Part shown: positions 48,885 through 61,319 of the stretch, piece after piece
Layout: the number at the start of each line of letters is the position of its first letter
Position numbering within the stretch: position 1 is the stretch's first letter
Source of the DNA: Carcharhinus longimanus
Lineage: Eukaryota
Assembly: GCA_030264375.1 (NCBI GenBank)
Contig: JASCQW010000032.1
Span: 30,241,016 to 30,305,015 of the forward strand
Reading direction: 5' to 3'
DNA length: 64,000 bases
Notes under the pieces: model-generated
What the model was told of the DNA's origin: nothing
Database searches by the model: none
The model's input: the letters and a program-made list of their open reading frames with translations, nothing else
Translations under genes and position numbers: made by a program

Positions 48885-50265
48885 ATGGGAAATTACAGGC
48901 CAGTTCCAGGAAATTACAGGCCAGTAAGTTTGACGTTGGTGGTTGGTAAGTTATTGGAAGATGTGATAAGGGATAGGATCTACAAATATTTGGATAGACA
49001 GGGACTTATTAGGGAGAGTCAACATGGCTTTGTGCGTGNNNNNNNNNNNNNNNNNNNNNNNNNNNNNNNNNNNNNNNNNNNNNNNNNNNNNNNNNNNNNN
49101 NNNNNNNNNNNNNNNNNNNNNNNNNNNNNNNNNNNNNNNNNNNNNNNNNNNNNNNNNNNNNNNNNNNNNNNNNNNNNNNNNNNNNNNNNNNNNNNNNNNN
49201 NNNNNNNNNNNNNNNNNNNNNNNNNNNNNNNNNNNNNNNNNNNNNNNNNNNNNNNNNNNNNNNNNNNNNNNNNNNNNNNNNNNNNNNNNNNNNNNNNNNN
49301 NNNNNNNNNNNNNNNNNNNNNNNNNNNNNNNNNNNNNNNNNNNNNNNNNNNNNNNNNNNNNNNNNNNNNNNNNNNNNNNNNNNNNNNNNNNNNNNNNNNN
49401 NNNNNNNNNNNNNNNNNNNNNNNNNNNNNNNNNNNNNNNNNNNNNNNNNNNNNNNNNNNNNNNNNNNNNNNNNNNNNNNNNNNNNNNNNNNNNNNNNNNN
49501 NNNNNNNNNNNNNNNNNNNNNNNNNNNNNNNNNNNNNNNNNNNNNNNNNNNNNNNNNNNNNNNNNNNNNNNNNNNNNNNNNNNNNNNNNNNNNNNNNNNN
49601 NNNNNNNNNNNNNNNNNNNNNNNNNNNNNNNNNNNNNNNNNNNNNNNNNNNNNNNNNNNNNNNNNNNNNNNNNNNNNNNNNNNNNNNNNNNNNNNNNNNN
49701 NNNNNNNNNNNNNNNNNNNNNNNNNNNNNNNNNNNNNNNNNNNNNNNNNNNNNNNNNNNNNNNNNNNNNNNNNNNNNNNNNNNNNNNNNNNNNNNNNNNN
49801 NNNNNNNNNNNNNNNNNNNNNNNNNNNNNNNNNNNNNNNNNNNNNNNNNNNNNNNNNNNNNNNNNNNNNNNNNNNNNNNNNNNNNNNNNNNNNNNNNNNN
49901 NNNNNNNNNNNNNNNNNNNNNNNNNNNNNNNNNNNNNNNNNNNNNNNNNNNNNNNNNNNNNNNNNNNNNNNNNNNNNNNNNNNNNNNNNNNNNNNNNNNN
50001 NNNNNNNNNNNNNNNNNNNNNNNNNNNNNNGGGGGCTTCTTCATCCAGAGAGTGGTGGGAGTGTGGAATGAGCTGCTGGATAAAGTGTTAAATGCGGGAT
50101 CACTTTTAACATTTAAGAAAAACTTGGACAGGTTCATGGATGAGGGGTGTGGAGGGATATGGTTCAAGTGCAGGTCAGTGGGACGAGGCAAAAAATGGTT
50201 TAGCACAGACAAGAAGGGCCAAAAGGCCTGTTTCTGAGCTGTAATTTTCTATGGTTCTATGTTTT
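48885..50265 (+). mobile_element. 5'-truncated CR1, mostly hidden in a 992-nt gap
   Basis: PGNYRPVSLTLVVGKLLE..ESQHGFVR before the gap; FFIQRVVGVWNEL and (TTCTATG)n tail after it. Confidence 0.92.
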
Positions 50266-51257
50266 TCTAAAAGGCTGTTCACTGGGACCAGGGCTGCAAG
50301 GAGCAGTAGATTCTGCTGGTGAAGGTGGTAGTGTTTATATGTTTTGACTTCATGTATGAACCTTTTTGATACTTCCATAAGAAATAAAAGAAATTGAGAG
50401 AGCACAGGGCCTTTAAATTTACAGCCATAATCAAATTCCTGCTCATGGCACAACCCACTAGCTGCATGATGTCCTAGCCTAGATGCCCAATTGGGCACAA
50501 CACTCCTCCCTCCCTTCACACTTAATTGGCCATCTTCCCACCAGTCCGATGGTACTCAATTGACTGAGCTGAGATGAGATGGCAGGGGTGAGAGCAAGCA
50601 AACCATTCACTTTTTATTCTACCTCCCTTTCGCCTCCAAAAATGGAAAATCTAGCCCCATAGTGTGTCTGGGGAAGTACCCATCCCAGTTTGTGGCCTAA
50701 TTGTTTTCTTATTCATATTTTGACAGATTTAGAAAGATAAATGAGAGGAAAACTAAAAAATGAATATAAATGTTGGATGATAGTAATCAAGAGGTAAAAT
50801 CTTAGATTTAAGGGGAAAATAAAGGGGATTCCTTTTTAAATTAAATCAGAATCTACTGCTTTTGAGGGGAATACCTTGATAAAATTTCAGGATCTTATTC
50901 ATAAACTTCATGTGATTGAGAAATGTGCAATTTCTGAGGCAACTATATGGTATACCAAAGATACATGCCATTGTCTTCATATCACAGATTTAATTTTTTA
51001 ACTTATTTTTTCCAGAATATTTTCAGGGAATAATTTATGAAAACTTTACTGCCTAAAATATTCTCAGCATTAATACTAATATAATGTAAACAATATTCTT
51101 GCAAACATCTGACTCATGTCAGATCTGACTTGGCTTTCATCAACATTTTGAAATTCTTTTTTATTTGGTCTAGGAATGGTGGCAAGGCCAACATTTAATG
51201 CCCATTCTTAATTACTCTTGAGAAGAAACAGCTGCAGTCCATCTGTTATAGGTGCTG

Positions 51258-52120
51258 TGGGCTGGTGATCCATGTGACAATTGTTACAAAATTATTGATA
51301 TCTTTCATGAGTATGGATAAAATCTCAAAATGTGGAAAACCAAGTTTAAGCCTAGTTGGATTCTGCTATTTGCAAACTGCGGAGCTGGAACAGACAATTT
51401 TCATGCAGCCAAGTCTTGGACAATCAACTTCCCATCGAAACCAGACAGTCTGGAACTGCCTGGCCAGATGCTAACAGCCACATTGTTTCAGAAGTAACTG
51501 TTGTTTACGCCTCCAGTGAACTTGCTTTGTAAGAAGAATGCTACACAGACTTGGTGGCACCCACCTCAGTAGGAGGTCAGAGGCATAGCGTGACAAGGAC
51601 AGCACTTGACAGTTGAAGGTTCAGAATTACGTTCTACAACCTCCAAATATGGAAAGTAGTCACCTCATTGGACTTTCCTGCCCTCGCCCAATGCTAGTAT
51701 AGCACTCAGCCTTTGGAATCTTTGAGGGGCATGGAGCTCCAGCTCTCTCTGTTTTTGCACCTTCTCCAACCTGTCTCTCCAGAGAGCTTTTTTGCCTAAC
51801 AGCCAAGCAGCATACCATCTTCAGCTCCTTGTGCCTCATGGCTATAATCATCAGACTGATCAGATCCCAAAGACCACCCTGGTGAGACGATCCGAAGGCC
51901 AGAACCAGCCCTAGATAAGAGGAGAAGCCCAAATTGATGACTGCAGATTCTGAAACATCAGCCAATCCTCAAAAACTGAAGAACAGCTTGTCCCAACCTT
52001 ATTGAATAGGTATTAACAGTCTTTTCAGACAAACAGTTCAAATAGGGACCTATGGATAGGATTTCTGCAAACTGGTCGTGGTTAGTTAGGGTACATTTAC
52101 CCACCTTTCACTTTACAACA
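51258..52120. mobile_element. Possible solo LTR in the LINE 3' end
   Basis: TG..ACAACA ends with GCTG on both sides; LINE sequence resumes after 52120; internal CCAAT/TATA-like and pyrimidine tract. Confidence 0.45.
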
Positions 52121-52322
52121 GCTGGTAGTCAAGGAGTTGCAAGATTTTGCCCCAGAAACAATGAAAGAATGGTGGTGTATTTCTAAGTCAAGATAATGTG
52201 TGACTTGGAAGAAAACTTGCAGGTGATGGTATTCCCAGGTGCTAGCTGCCCCTTTTTGTAGGTGGTAGAAGTTGTGGTTTGGTAGGCATTCTCTGAGAAG
52301 TCTTCGTAAGTGGATATAGTGC

Positions 52323-52682
52323 ATAGAGTCTTAGAGGTTTACAGCATGGAAACAGTCCTTTCAGCTCAACTTGTCCATGCTATGCAGTTTTAGCACTAAG
52401 CCAGTCCCAATTGCCAACATTTAGCCCACATCCCTCTATTCTCATCTTATCCATGTGACTGTCTAAATGCATTGTACCTGCCTCTACTGCAGTCTTTGAC
52501 AGCTCGTTCCAGACACTCACCACCCTTTGAGTGAAAATATTCCACCTCTGGACCCTTTTGTATCTCTCCACTCTTACCTTAAACCTATGCTGTCTAGTTT
52601 TAGACTCCCCTACCTTTGGGAAAAGATATTGACCACCTACCTTATCTATGTCCCTCATTATTTTATAGACTGCTATAAGAGG
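52323..52682 (-). mobile_element. CR1 3' end nested in the LINE
   Basis: LIAVYKIMRDIDKV..LFPKVGESKTRQHRFKVR..FTQRVVSVWNEL. Confidence 0.9.
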
Positions 52683-53585
52683 TCTATCTTGTAGATAGTG
52701 CACACTGCTGCCATTGTGTGCCCGTTGTGGAAAGAATGAATGTTTAGAATTGTGGTTGGGGTCAATCAAGTGGGTTGTTTTGTCCTAAGTGATTTTAACA
52801 TTAAGTTTTATTTGAATTGTACTCATCCAAACAAGCAGACTATCCCATCATACCTGATTTGTGCGCCTTAAATGGTGGGAAGACTTTGGAATGTCAGGAA
52901 GTGAATTACTCATCACACAGTAGCCCATTTCTGACTGCTCTTATAGCCACTTAATTTATATGGCTGGTCCAGTTAAGTTTCTAATCAATGGTGACTCCCA
53001 GAATATTGAGGGTGGAAGATTTAGTAATAGTATTCCCATTGAATGTCGAGGAGAATAAATTGGACACTCACTGGTCATTATCTGGCTTTTGTATTGCTTG
53101 AATATTACTTGCCTCTTATCAGCTCAAGCCTGAATGCATGGACTTGCTTCATTATCTGAGGAGTTGTGAATAGAACTGAAAACGTGCAATCATTAGGGAA
53201 CCAACTTTGAGCTTATGATGGAAGAAGGATCATTGATGTGGCAGTTGATGATGGTTGAACGTAGGACATCGTTCTGAGGAGCTCCTGCAGTGATATCCTG
53301 GGGCTGATAAAATTGGCCACCAGCAACCACAACTGCATTTTTTTGTGCTAGGTATGACTCCATCCAGTGGCGAGTTTTCCTTCTAATTCCCATTGACTTC
53401 AATTTTGCGAATGCTCTTTGATAGTACACTCAGTCAAAAGCTGCATCTACTGTTTAGCATGTATGTAGCCCTTGCAATTTTACCAAGTTGGCACTGCATT
53501 TTTACATATATCTGGTGCTACTTCTGACATGCCCTACACTTTTCATTTAGCTTAGGTTTATCCCCTACTTTGACATTAATTATAG

Positions 53586-53843
53586 AGTGTGGCTAAAAGT
53601 AGTGGGCGAATAGAAGATTGGGAGAGGTTTAAAAATCAACAAAGAGTGACGAAGAAGTTGATAAANNNNNNNNNNNNNNNNNNNNNNNNNNNNNNNNNNN
53701 NNNNNNNNNNNNNNNNNNNNNNNNNNNNNNNNNNNNNNNNNNNNNNNNNNNNNNNNNNNNNNNNNCATGATCTTATTGAATGGCGAGGCAGGCTTGAGGG
53801 GCTAGATGGCCTACTCCTGCTCCTATTTCTTATGTTCTTATGA
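53586..53843 (+). mobile_element. Young CR1 collapsed across a gap
   Basis: AKSSGRIEDWERFKNQQRVTKKLI (EN-RT linker) then a 3' UTR nearly identical to 34575-34650. Confidence 0.88.
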
Positions 53844-54873
53844 GAGATATGACAACCGATTCTGATTGAATATAATTCTTTTGCTGTTGATGGCCCATAA
53901 ATCACTGTGAATGGCCAATGTTGAGCTGCTGGATCTATCCTGAAATTATCTCATTTATCATACTGTTGGTACCACACAACACATTTGAAGGAGTCCTCAG
54001 TGTGCAAATGGGACTTTGTCCCCAAAGGGACTAACTATGTAGTCAATGGTCACTTCTATCAATACTGTAATGGACAGGTACATTGGTAATAGGTAGGTTG
54101 CTGAAGATGAGGTCAAGTAGGATTTTCCTTCATGTTTTTTCACCACCTACCTGTCTGACTGTGATCTTCTAGCTGAGTCAGTAGTGATGTTACCAAGCCA
54201 CACTCACTGATGGGCACTGAAGATCTCACTCAGAGTATGTTCAATAATCTTTCTACCCTCGGTGTTTCTTCCAAATGGTGTTCCAACATGACAGAGCACT
54301 GATCTGACAGGTGAGGGAGGTGTGAATCAGGTGAAGGTTTCTTTGCCCATTTTTGATTTGACATCATGAGAGTTCATGGAATCTGAAGTCAATGTTAAGG
54401 ATTCAAAGGACTACTACCTTCTGAGTGTATACCATTGTTCTGCCACCTCCAATGGGTCTGTCCTGCTTGAGGACATAACCAGGAATGTTGATGGATGGGT
54501 TTGAGTTTCTATCAATTTTGGCACGTCCCCAGATGTTAGTAAAGAGCAGAGTCAAATAGGCGGTAATGACAGAAGGTCTGTTTGGTTTTATTCCTCATGG
54601 ACTGCTTCATAGTGATTTAGATACAGCTAAGTGGCTTGCGATTGCTAGGCAGTTAAGAATCAGCCCTTTGCTGTGCGTTTGGAGTGAAGTGTAGGCCTGG
54701 CTGGGTAAGAATGGCAGATTTCCTTCGCTAAAGGACATCAATGAATCAGATGGGTTTTACGATAATCCAATAGTTCCATGGTCACCACGACAAATACTAT
54801 TTTTTTAAATTCCGGAATGATCTGATCAACTAAATTTAAATTTCCCTGCTGTTGTGGTTGGCTTTGAGCTTCT

Positions 54874-56170
54874 AGGCAGAATTTTAGCTTGCAAGGGGGA
54901 GGGTTGCTGATGTGTTGAGGGGGTGGGGCGGGGAGGGTGGTTAAACCATTAAAAAAAGCTGGCATATCAGAATTCTGACATGACCTCACTCACTTTGGCA
55001 TTTAACTGGTCCACGATTGGAGGAATTTGGCAAATCTTTGTGAGGATGGCAGGTCTGTAAGACAATCAAAAGTCCATTTAAACCTGGATTCTGGCATCAA
55101 TTGCCAGTGTGCAAGTTCTCTCCATGGTACGAAACTCGCAGAATCAGCATGACAAGAGCACAGCAGGGGCTGATAGTTCTGTGAAGTTCATAGACTGGAT
55201 AGTCTTGAAACACTGACCCAGGACAACTGTTATCTTGACTAGATGAAAGACCTTTACTCACTGGATTTGTTGTGAGAGTGTACTTTTGCTGCTATGGAGG
55301 TCATTTTTATGACTTAAGATCATTTCTAACAATTTAAGCTATATTTTTCACCTTGAGCGGCACTTCACTGTTGTCAGCCTTCACTGAAGCACGGGAACAG
55401 CTTATGTAGCTCTACCTTGGACCTCTGATGAGGAGCAAGAGGTGCAGCACTAACAATATCAGAAGCAGCATCAGCATTTTCCTTTTCCTAAGACAGCTGC
55501 TGCTCCAAAGGTCAGAAGGATGGGCAGAGAGCCCCAGCATGAAGGAGAGGATACCCCCAGCACAATGTTCATAGGCAAGGGCCTGCAGAAAAGTAGTGGT
55601 CAGTAGTCCATTGTACATGACAGCACTGCAGAGAGAAATTGAATTGAAGGGATGGGGGAGCAGCAGGAAGAGCAGAATAAGGAGCCTGGTGTGGTCAGGG
55701 TGCATATCGTGACTCTAGTCATCTAGCTGCTAGAGAAGCCTGTGGTTGACTGGTCCGGGCATGGTTATAACCTGAATGTGGAAAGCTAAAACTGAATCCA
55801 CCCACCCCTCCTTTCCACCCGCACCACAAATCATTCCCAGAATCAATACTCCTTCTATCTCATTGACTTAATTTACTTACCTTCCACTTCAGACCATGCT
55901 ATTCTCCTTAAGGCTGATGTCCATTTGGCATGCCAGGGGCAAATGAAGACGAATGGGCAATGGAGGCATGAAATAAATGCTTCATTAACTTTTTGCAATA
56001 CATTAACACAGTGACATTTCTATAAACATCCAAGTGAATTGCCTTGTGGAGCTGATAGAAAAGGAAGAGGAAAGACTATTACTTCTACATAAAGTGAACT
56101 CTTTGGCTTCAGCAGAGCTGGAGGCAGGTTGTTGTTTCCCTGCTGTGACAGCTGAGTTGCCACTGGCAGA
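54874..56170 (+). mobile_element. Internally deleted Harbinger-like transposon remnant
   Basis: Left end AGGCAGAATTTT; RYPQHNVHRQ joined to VVVSSPLYMTALQREIEL, resembling Harbinger transposase N- and C-terminal segments; right end not defined. Confidence 0.45.
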
Positions 56171-56199
56171 TATGGGCTGGGTTTTAGGTCCCTGAGGAT

Positions 56200-56460
56200 C
56201 CTGTGAATGATTGCCCCACTTGTTTCTACCTTTACTTCTTTCAACAATGTAGGATGCATTCCATTTCCAGCAGGTGATTTGCCTATTTTCACTAATGCCA
56301 GTCTTTTTAGTTTGTCTCCTCTATCTTAATATTCTGACCAAACTTTTCTCTCTTCTAGTGTAACCTTTACATCGTCTGAAATCAAATGCAAACTACTCAC
56401 TTGATATTTAGTTATGTCCGCTGCATCTATATGATGATTTTGCTCTTCCTCATAGACCCA
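56200..56460 (-). mobile_element. CR1 fragment
   Basis: KIGKSPAGNGMHPTLLKEV matches CR1 KSPGPDGxHPRxLKE. Confidence 0.7.
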
Positions 56461-56473
56461 GGTTTTTTCCCTG

Positions 56474-56552
56474 AGCCTGGGTGGGATTATGGTTGGTGCA
56501 GACTCAATTTGTCATGCTCTTTCTGCAGTGTAGGGTTCTATGATTGTATGAC
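56474..56552 (+). mobile_element. HE1 3' fragment
   Basis: GCCTGGGTGGGATT..GGTGCAGACTC..TAGGGTTCTATGATT. Confidence 0.7.
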
Positions 56553-58164
56553 ATTCCTTCTGCAGATGATTAATCTTTTCAGTACAGCAAATGCACATCT
56601 GCTCAGTCACAACCGTGCATGAATCTAGATTCTGGACAGCTGACTGTAGAGAAGCCAGAAGTGGGGCCTGCCAAAGCATGTTGTTTCCTGAGCCCGGAGT
56701 TTGAAGTTGCCTCATGCTTGTTTTCTGGAGACAGAAACCTATGGAGTCTGAAGCTGCTTATTGCCTGCCAGTATCTTGCCTAGAGCCTGAAGCTCCTTTT
56801 CTGTGCTTAATTTGTGGATTGATTGCTGCTTTAATCACAGTTGTATTTTAAGAGTTCATTGTAGTTGCATGTTAACATCAGTCATAATCTGTGATAGCCA
56901 CCAGCACAATTGGTAAGAAGATTGCTTGCAATTTGTCATGCTATACATGAGTCAAGTGTGGATTGATTGGTGCTCTAATCACAGAAATGATTCTTGGCTT
57001 CCTAATAGTTGCACTACTGTGATTCAGGCTCCAGGCATGGAACAGGGAAGACGAGCAGCAAGCAGTTTCAGGAAGTGTTGGCTTTAACCTGCAGGAAAGT
57101 AATGGCAAGTGAGGCAACAGGCCCCAGGCTCAGCAAAACAAAATGCCTTTGCAGGCCCCAATTCTGGTTTCCACTCCAGAATATAGATATATGCGTGGGC
57201 ATGACCAATTGAAAGTGCATGCACAGAGGGATTGATGTACCTTGGAAGTAATCACATTGCTCAGATATTGGAAGCTCTTGACTTCAGAACTGTCAAAATA
57301 GAAAATAGAAATCAACCTCATTCACCAATCTTGCACACCATGAGATGTTGGGCTGGCAAACACAATCCTCTGTCTGTTGAGTCAGAATGCAAATCTGATA
57401 ATGCATTCTTAAAAAGATTTTGATAGTGTATTTTCAGATTGTAGCAATTTTTTGTAAAAAGAATGACCTGCTTAGAGATTAATTAAGCCACTAATGAGGT
57501 TCATAACCAACTATGAATCTATTAGTTTATGTTTTAAGAAGAAAAAAGGAACCCATGAATTTTATGCAAAGCCTCTTGATTTTTGAGAGTTTGGCCATGC
57601 AAAAGAAGTCCCCAGCTGAAATAATTTCAGCCACCTCCAGCATAGCTTGTGCAGCACATTCTGACTGACAGGGTGCTGGTGAGGTGTGCCATAATCTGTG
57701 CTGGAAGCACACAAAGTGAGCAGATTATGACATCAAACAGCCACTAAAATCAAGTATTGGATCAAGCCCAAGATGATGTGCAATATATTATCTTGTCAGC
57801 TTGGATCTTGTTTGTCTGTCTTGTAGGGACCATGAATTGGATTCAATTTAAATTTGAATTTGGTTTTTGGAGCAGGCAGGGAGATAGATTTGGGTCTGCC
57901 TGGTCCACTCTGAGCTTTGGCTTTGTGATTTTAAGAATGGGGTAAAAATATAAAAATAAAACTAATTGAAGCACCATCTGCTATTCTGGACTATGTAATT
58001 ATGCCATTTCTTTACCTGAACATGTGTTCAGCTGCCAAAGCCCACTCCATCAGCTTTATTTAAAGGGTCAACTTCCAAGTTAGGTGCTTTTATATACTTT
58101 TGCTGGTGCAGAGTTAATGGAAGTGCAGAGTTGATTGTCAGAGGAGATTTTCAAAAGATCATAC

Positions 58165-58790
58165 CATAAAACCATAGACGGCCTATCAAGTCTGCTCTGT
58201 CATTTAATGAGATTATGACTGATCTGATATTCTAATTGTCCACTCCACTTTTCCTCCTAATCCCCATAGTCCTTGATCCCCTTTCTCAAAAATTTGTCTG
58301 TTTTAGCCTTGAACCATACTTAAATACCCAGTCTCTGTAGCCGTCTGTGGTGAAGAATTCCACAGATTGACTACCCTTTGAGACAAGAAATTCTTCTTCA
58401 TCTCTGTTTAAATGGGTAACCCCATATTTTAAGATTGAGCCTTTGGCCCTAGACTCCCACAAGAGGAAACAATCTCTAAGCATCAACCTGCCTACCCTCC
58501 TCAGAATCCTATATGTCTCAATAAGGACAACTCTCATTCTTCTAAACTTCATTAAGTATAGCAAAACCTATTTAACCTCTATAAGAAAATGCCTCCTACA
58601 CCATGGGCTGTTTTCTTATGAAGTAAACTTTTATGCAGTATCTTATTGAATGCTTTTTGGAAATTCTAGTGTATTATACCTACTGGCTCCCCTTTATCTA
58701 TCCTGCTCATTATCACCTCAAAAAATTCTAATAAGTTTGTCAGGCATGATTTTGCCTTCATGAAGCCATAATGACACTGTTTGATTATTT
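58165..58790 (-). mobile_element. CR1 RT remnant plus 3' end
   Basis: RRMRVVLIETYRILR and HGFMKAKSCLTNLLEFFEV..DKGEPV. Confidence 0.85.
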
Positions 58791-58794
58791 GGGG

Positions 58795-59170
58795 ACTTTC
58801 AGGAGAGTAGTTCTGGACTTTGACAAGGAAGACAAGGGATTTGCTTGCCTGTCAAGAGAAAGTCTGCTTCAGTAACAGGAGCCATGGTTTTCTTCTCTCT
58901 TGGGCTGTAGCATGATTTAAAAATGGAGCAGAGAGGGGTAGCTGTGCACATGAGAAGGTGGAAGGAAAGGACATCCAAGACCTTTCCCCTCCAGACATGT
59001 TGTCCATGTGTGGATACTGAAATGGGTGCTTCCCTAAGATGATATTCCCGTGCCCAGTGACTTGCTACATGCAGAACCCTCTCCAGTACATGCAGTCCCA
59101 GTAATTGAACTGTTGGCTGTGAGTGTCAGCTCAAGAGATGATGCTTCTTCATCAGAGATCAGATGTTGCT
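58795..59170 (+). mobile_element. Possible Harbinger transposase C-terminal remnant
   Basis: EDKGF (cf. GDKGY), KMIFPC (cf. KMRFRC) and LQY occur in the expected order but across frameshifts. Confidence 0.35.
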
Positions 59171-59229
59171 CTCATCCTTCCTTATGTAATAGTTGTTCAA
59201 GTGACTGAACCAAAAATATGTAACTCCCC

Positions 59230-59792
59230 ACAGCACTGTGGACGTAGGCTCTAGCAGTTCAACTTTCTTAAAGGCAATTAAGGATGAGCAACAAATGCTG
59301 GCCTTACAGAATGGGTGGGGTGGTGGAGCAGAGAGCTTCATGATCACACTATGCTGCTTGTACTTCATGCCGGATTGCAGATGAAAAGAATTGAAGAATA
59401 TGAATGTTTAAAGATGGTGTTTGGGGTATTAGTTGTGGGAGCTGCTTTGTCCTGGATGGTGTTTGTCTTGGAGTTTTGGGCTTTTGTCTCAATTGTTTCT
59501 ATGCTTTGGAAGCTGGCATCTGAATTATCCACTACAGAATACCTGCTTACCTGCTCTTGTAGTCATCATATTAGTTAAATTTCTGTGTAATACTGACCGC
59601 CAGGATGTTAATGGTGGGAATTTGAGTGGTGGTAATATCATTGATTATTAAAGAGATGTAGTTAGACTCTCTTGTTGGTCATTACTTGGCAGCTGTGTGG
59701 CATGTATGTTATTTACAATGATCAGAATGAATGACGGAGCAGGCTTGAAGGGCCAAATGGCCTACTCTTGCTTCTTGTTTCTTTGTTTCTAT
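59230..59792. mobile_element. Mixed LINE remnants (CR1/L2-group tail +, body -, CR1 tail +)
   Basis: AAGGCAATTAAGGATGAGCAACAAATGCTGGCC tail; body similar to 36220-36610; GGCCTACTCTTGCTTC CR1 tail. Confidence 0.65.
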
Positions 59793-60614
59793 TAGTCCAA
59801 TCTTGAAATATTAAATAATGGTAGATTATTGTAGAAGTTGCAGAAACAGCAAGTGATAAGCAGGTTTCACTGTTTTAGGTTGTAAACATTCACGGTCAGA
59901 TTTTCATTTTCAATCTGAATTCAAAAATTTTCTTGAAATAAAATAAGCTCTAGTTTGTTGAAACCTAAAGTTTGTGAGACTAGGAGGGATGCCTGTACGA
60001 TCTGTTGTCTGCATACATGACTTGTCAAATGTTTTGTTGGATGACCAACTCTGGTCTGAAATCTTAGTTTTTTTAAGACAGTTCCCATTTCCAGGAAATT
60101 CCTTGATCATTTCCATGGCATGATTTATCTCCCTTTGTGAAGAAAATTAAGAAGTTCAATATTGCTGAAGAAAGATGTTGAATATATGTAGCTTCTAATG
60201 TGGTAAATGGATTTCAATGTCAATGCTATGCCAGGTAAAAAGGACATATATCTGAAAATGACTGGTGGATTCTATCAAACAGCATGTCATTTTGGCTGTT
60301 CACAATAGTCAATATATTGACTGTACTCAACCGGCCTATGCTTGTAAAACTCAGAACCTAAAGTGGAGGAGTTCCTTTTCCTCTCAAATTCATATGACAA
60401 GTGCATGGAGTCTTGCTGTGAGCAAAAGCCCACTAGCTTCGAAAACCTCAGTTGAAATACTATTGAGGCTACTATTTGATTGCGTGTTAGCAGCTCTCAC
60501 ATTGATGGTGGTTTACCCATGGATTCTACCACAGGATACTGGGAGATAGCATGGAGAGTATCAGCTGCCATTGTGGATTCATGGTTGAGAAGTTGCTAAG
60601 AATGTTCATTCCAA

Positions 60615-60790
60615 TGTTGACAGATGGCCTTTTAAGAGCATCTCTTTCAGAAGATGTCCACTCTGTCAGTGCAACAGTTCCTCAGTACTGCACTGGGAAT
60701 GTCAGCCTCATTATGTACTCAAGTCTCTGGAGTAGGATTTAAACCCAAATCTCTGACTCAGAGGCAAGAGTCCTATCATTGAGCCATGAC
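60615..60790 (-). mobile_element. DeuSINE-like SINE 5' half
   Basis: CCTCAGTACTGCACTGGGAATGTCAGCC..CAAGTCTCTGGAGTAGGATTTAAACCC..CTGACTCAGAGGCAAG. Confidence 0.75.
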
Positions 60791-60809
60791 AAATAGGCCT
60801 AAGAGCTGC

Positions 60810-61272
60810 ACCTAAGGAGTGTAATGCAAATTTATCAGAATATTACCAAAGTTCTAAGGGTTAAAATAAATATGAGGAAAGGTTATATAAAGTAGGATTG
60901 TATTTGGTGGAATATGGAAAGTTAAGGGATGATTTTATTAAGATTTTAGGACTTTGAAAATAATTGATAGGGTAGAGAAAGAATAACATTTTTGCTGGTA
61001 GGGGAGTCTATGCTTCTTGCATAACCTTAAAATCAGAGCCAGGCCAACTAGGAGAGAAATTAAAGAAATACTTCTTCATATTAAGTGTTGTAGAAATAAG
61101 GAACTCTTCCCCGCCCCCACCTGACAAAACAGTAATTTGAGCTTAATTAATCATTTAAAATTTGATAAAATGTTTGCTAGTCAAGGGTAGATGGAATTAA
61201 GATTCAGATCAGTCTCTATCATATGGATTGAGGGAACATGGAGCAGAATGGTACATCCCAATTTCTATGCTT
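60810..61272 (+). mobile_element. Old CR1 3' end
   Basis: YEER, LRDDFIKI, DRVEK, HNLKIRARP-type residues and 3' UTR. Confidence 0.7.
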
Positions 61273-61319
61273 GCTAACAGTGTGCAGCTGCAATTACAAC
61301 TAATCTAATAGTGGCCCAG

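Larger units (their letters stand above)
51165..54870 (-). mobile_element. Near full-length CR1/L2-group LINE with no visible ORF1 and a SINE-like 5' region; several nested insertions
   Basis: Minus-strand order: B-box-like head and body (54870-54620), EN start LFTNIWG (~54546), IPGYVLKQDRPIGGG, RT KLKSMGI..WMESYL..AGAPQ..IND (53193-53429), 3' tail at 51165-51250. Confidence 0.8.

Noticed and set aside
48885-50237. 355-450 aa ORFs
   Set aside because: They are artefacts of translating through a 992-nt N gap; the real flanks are CR1 ORF2
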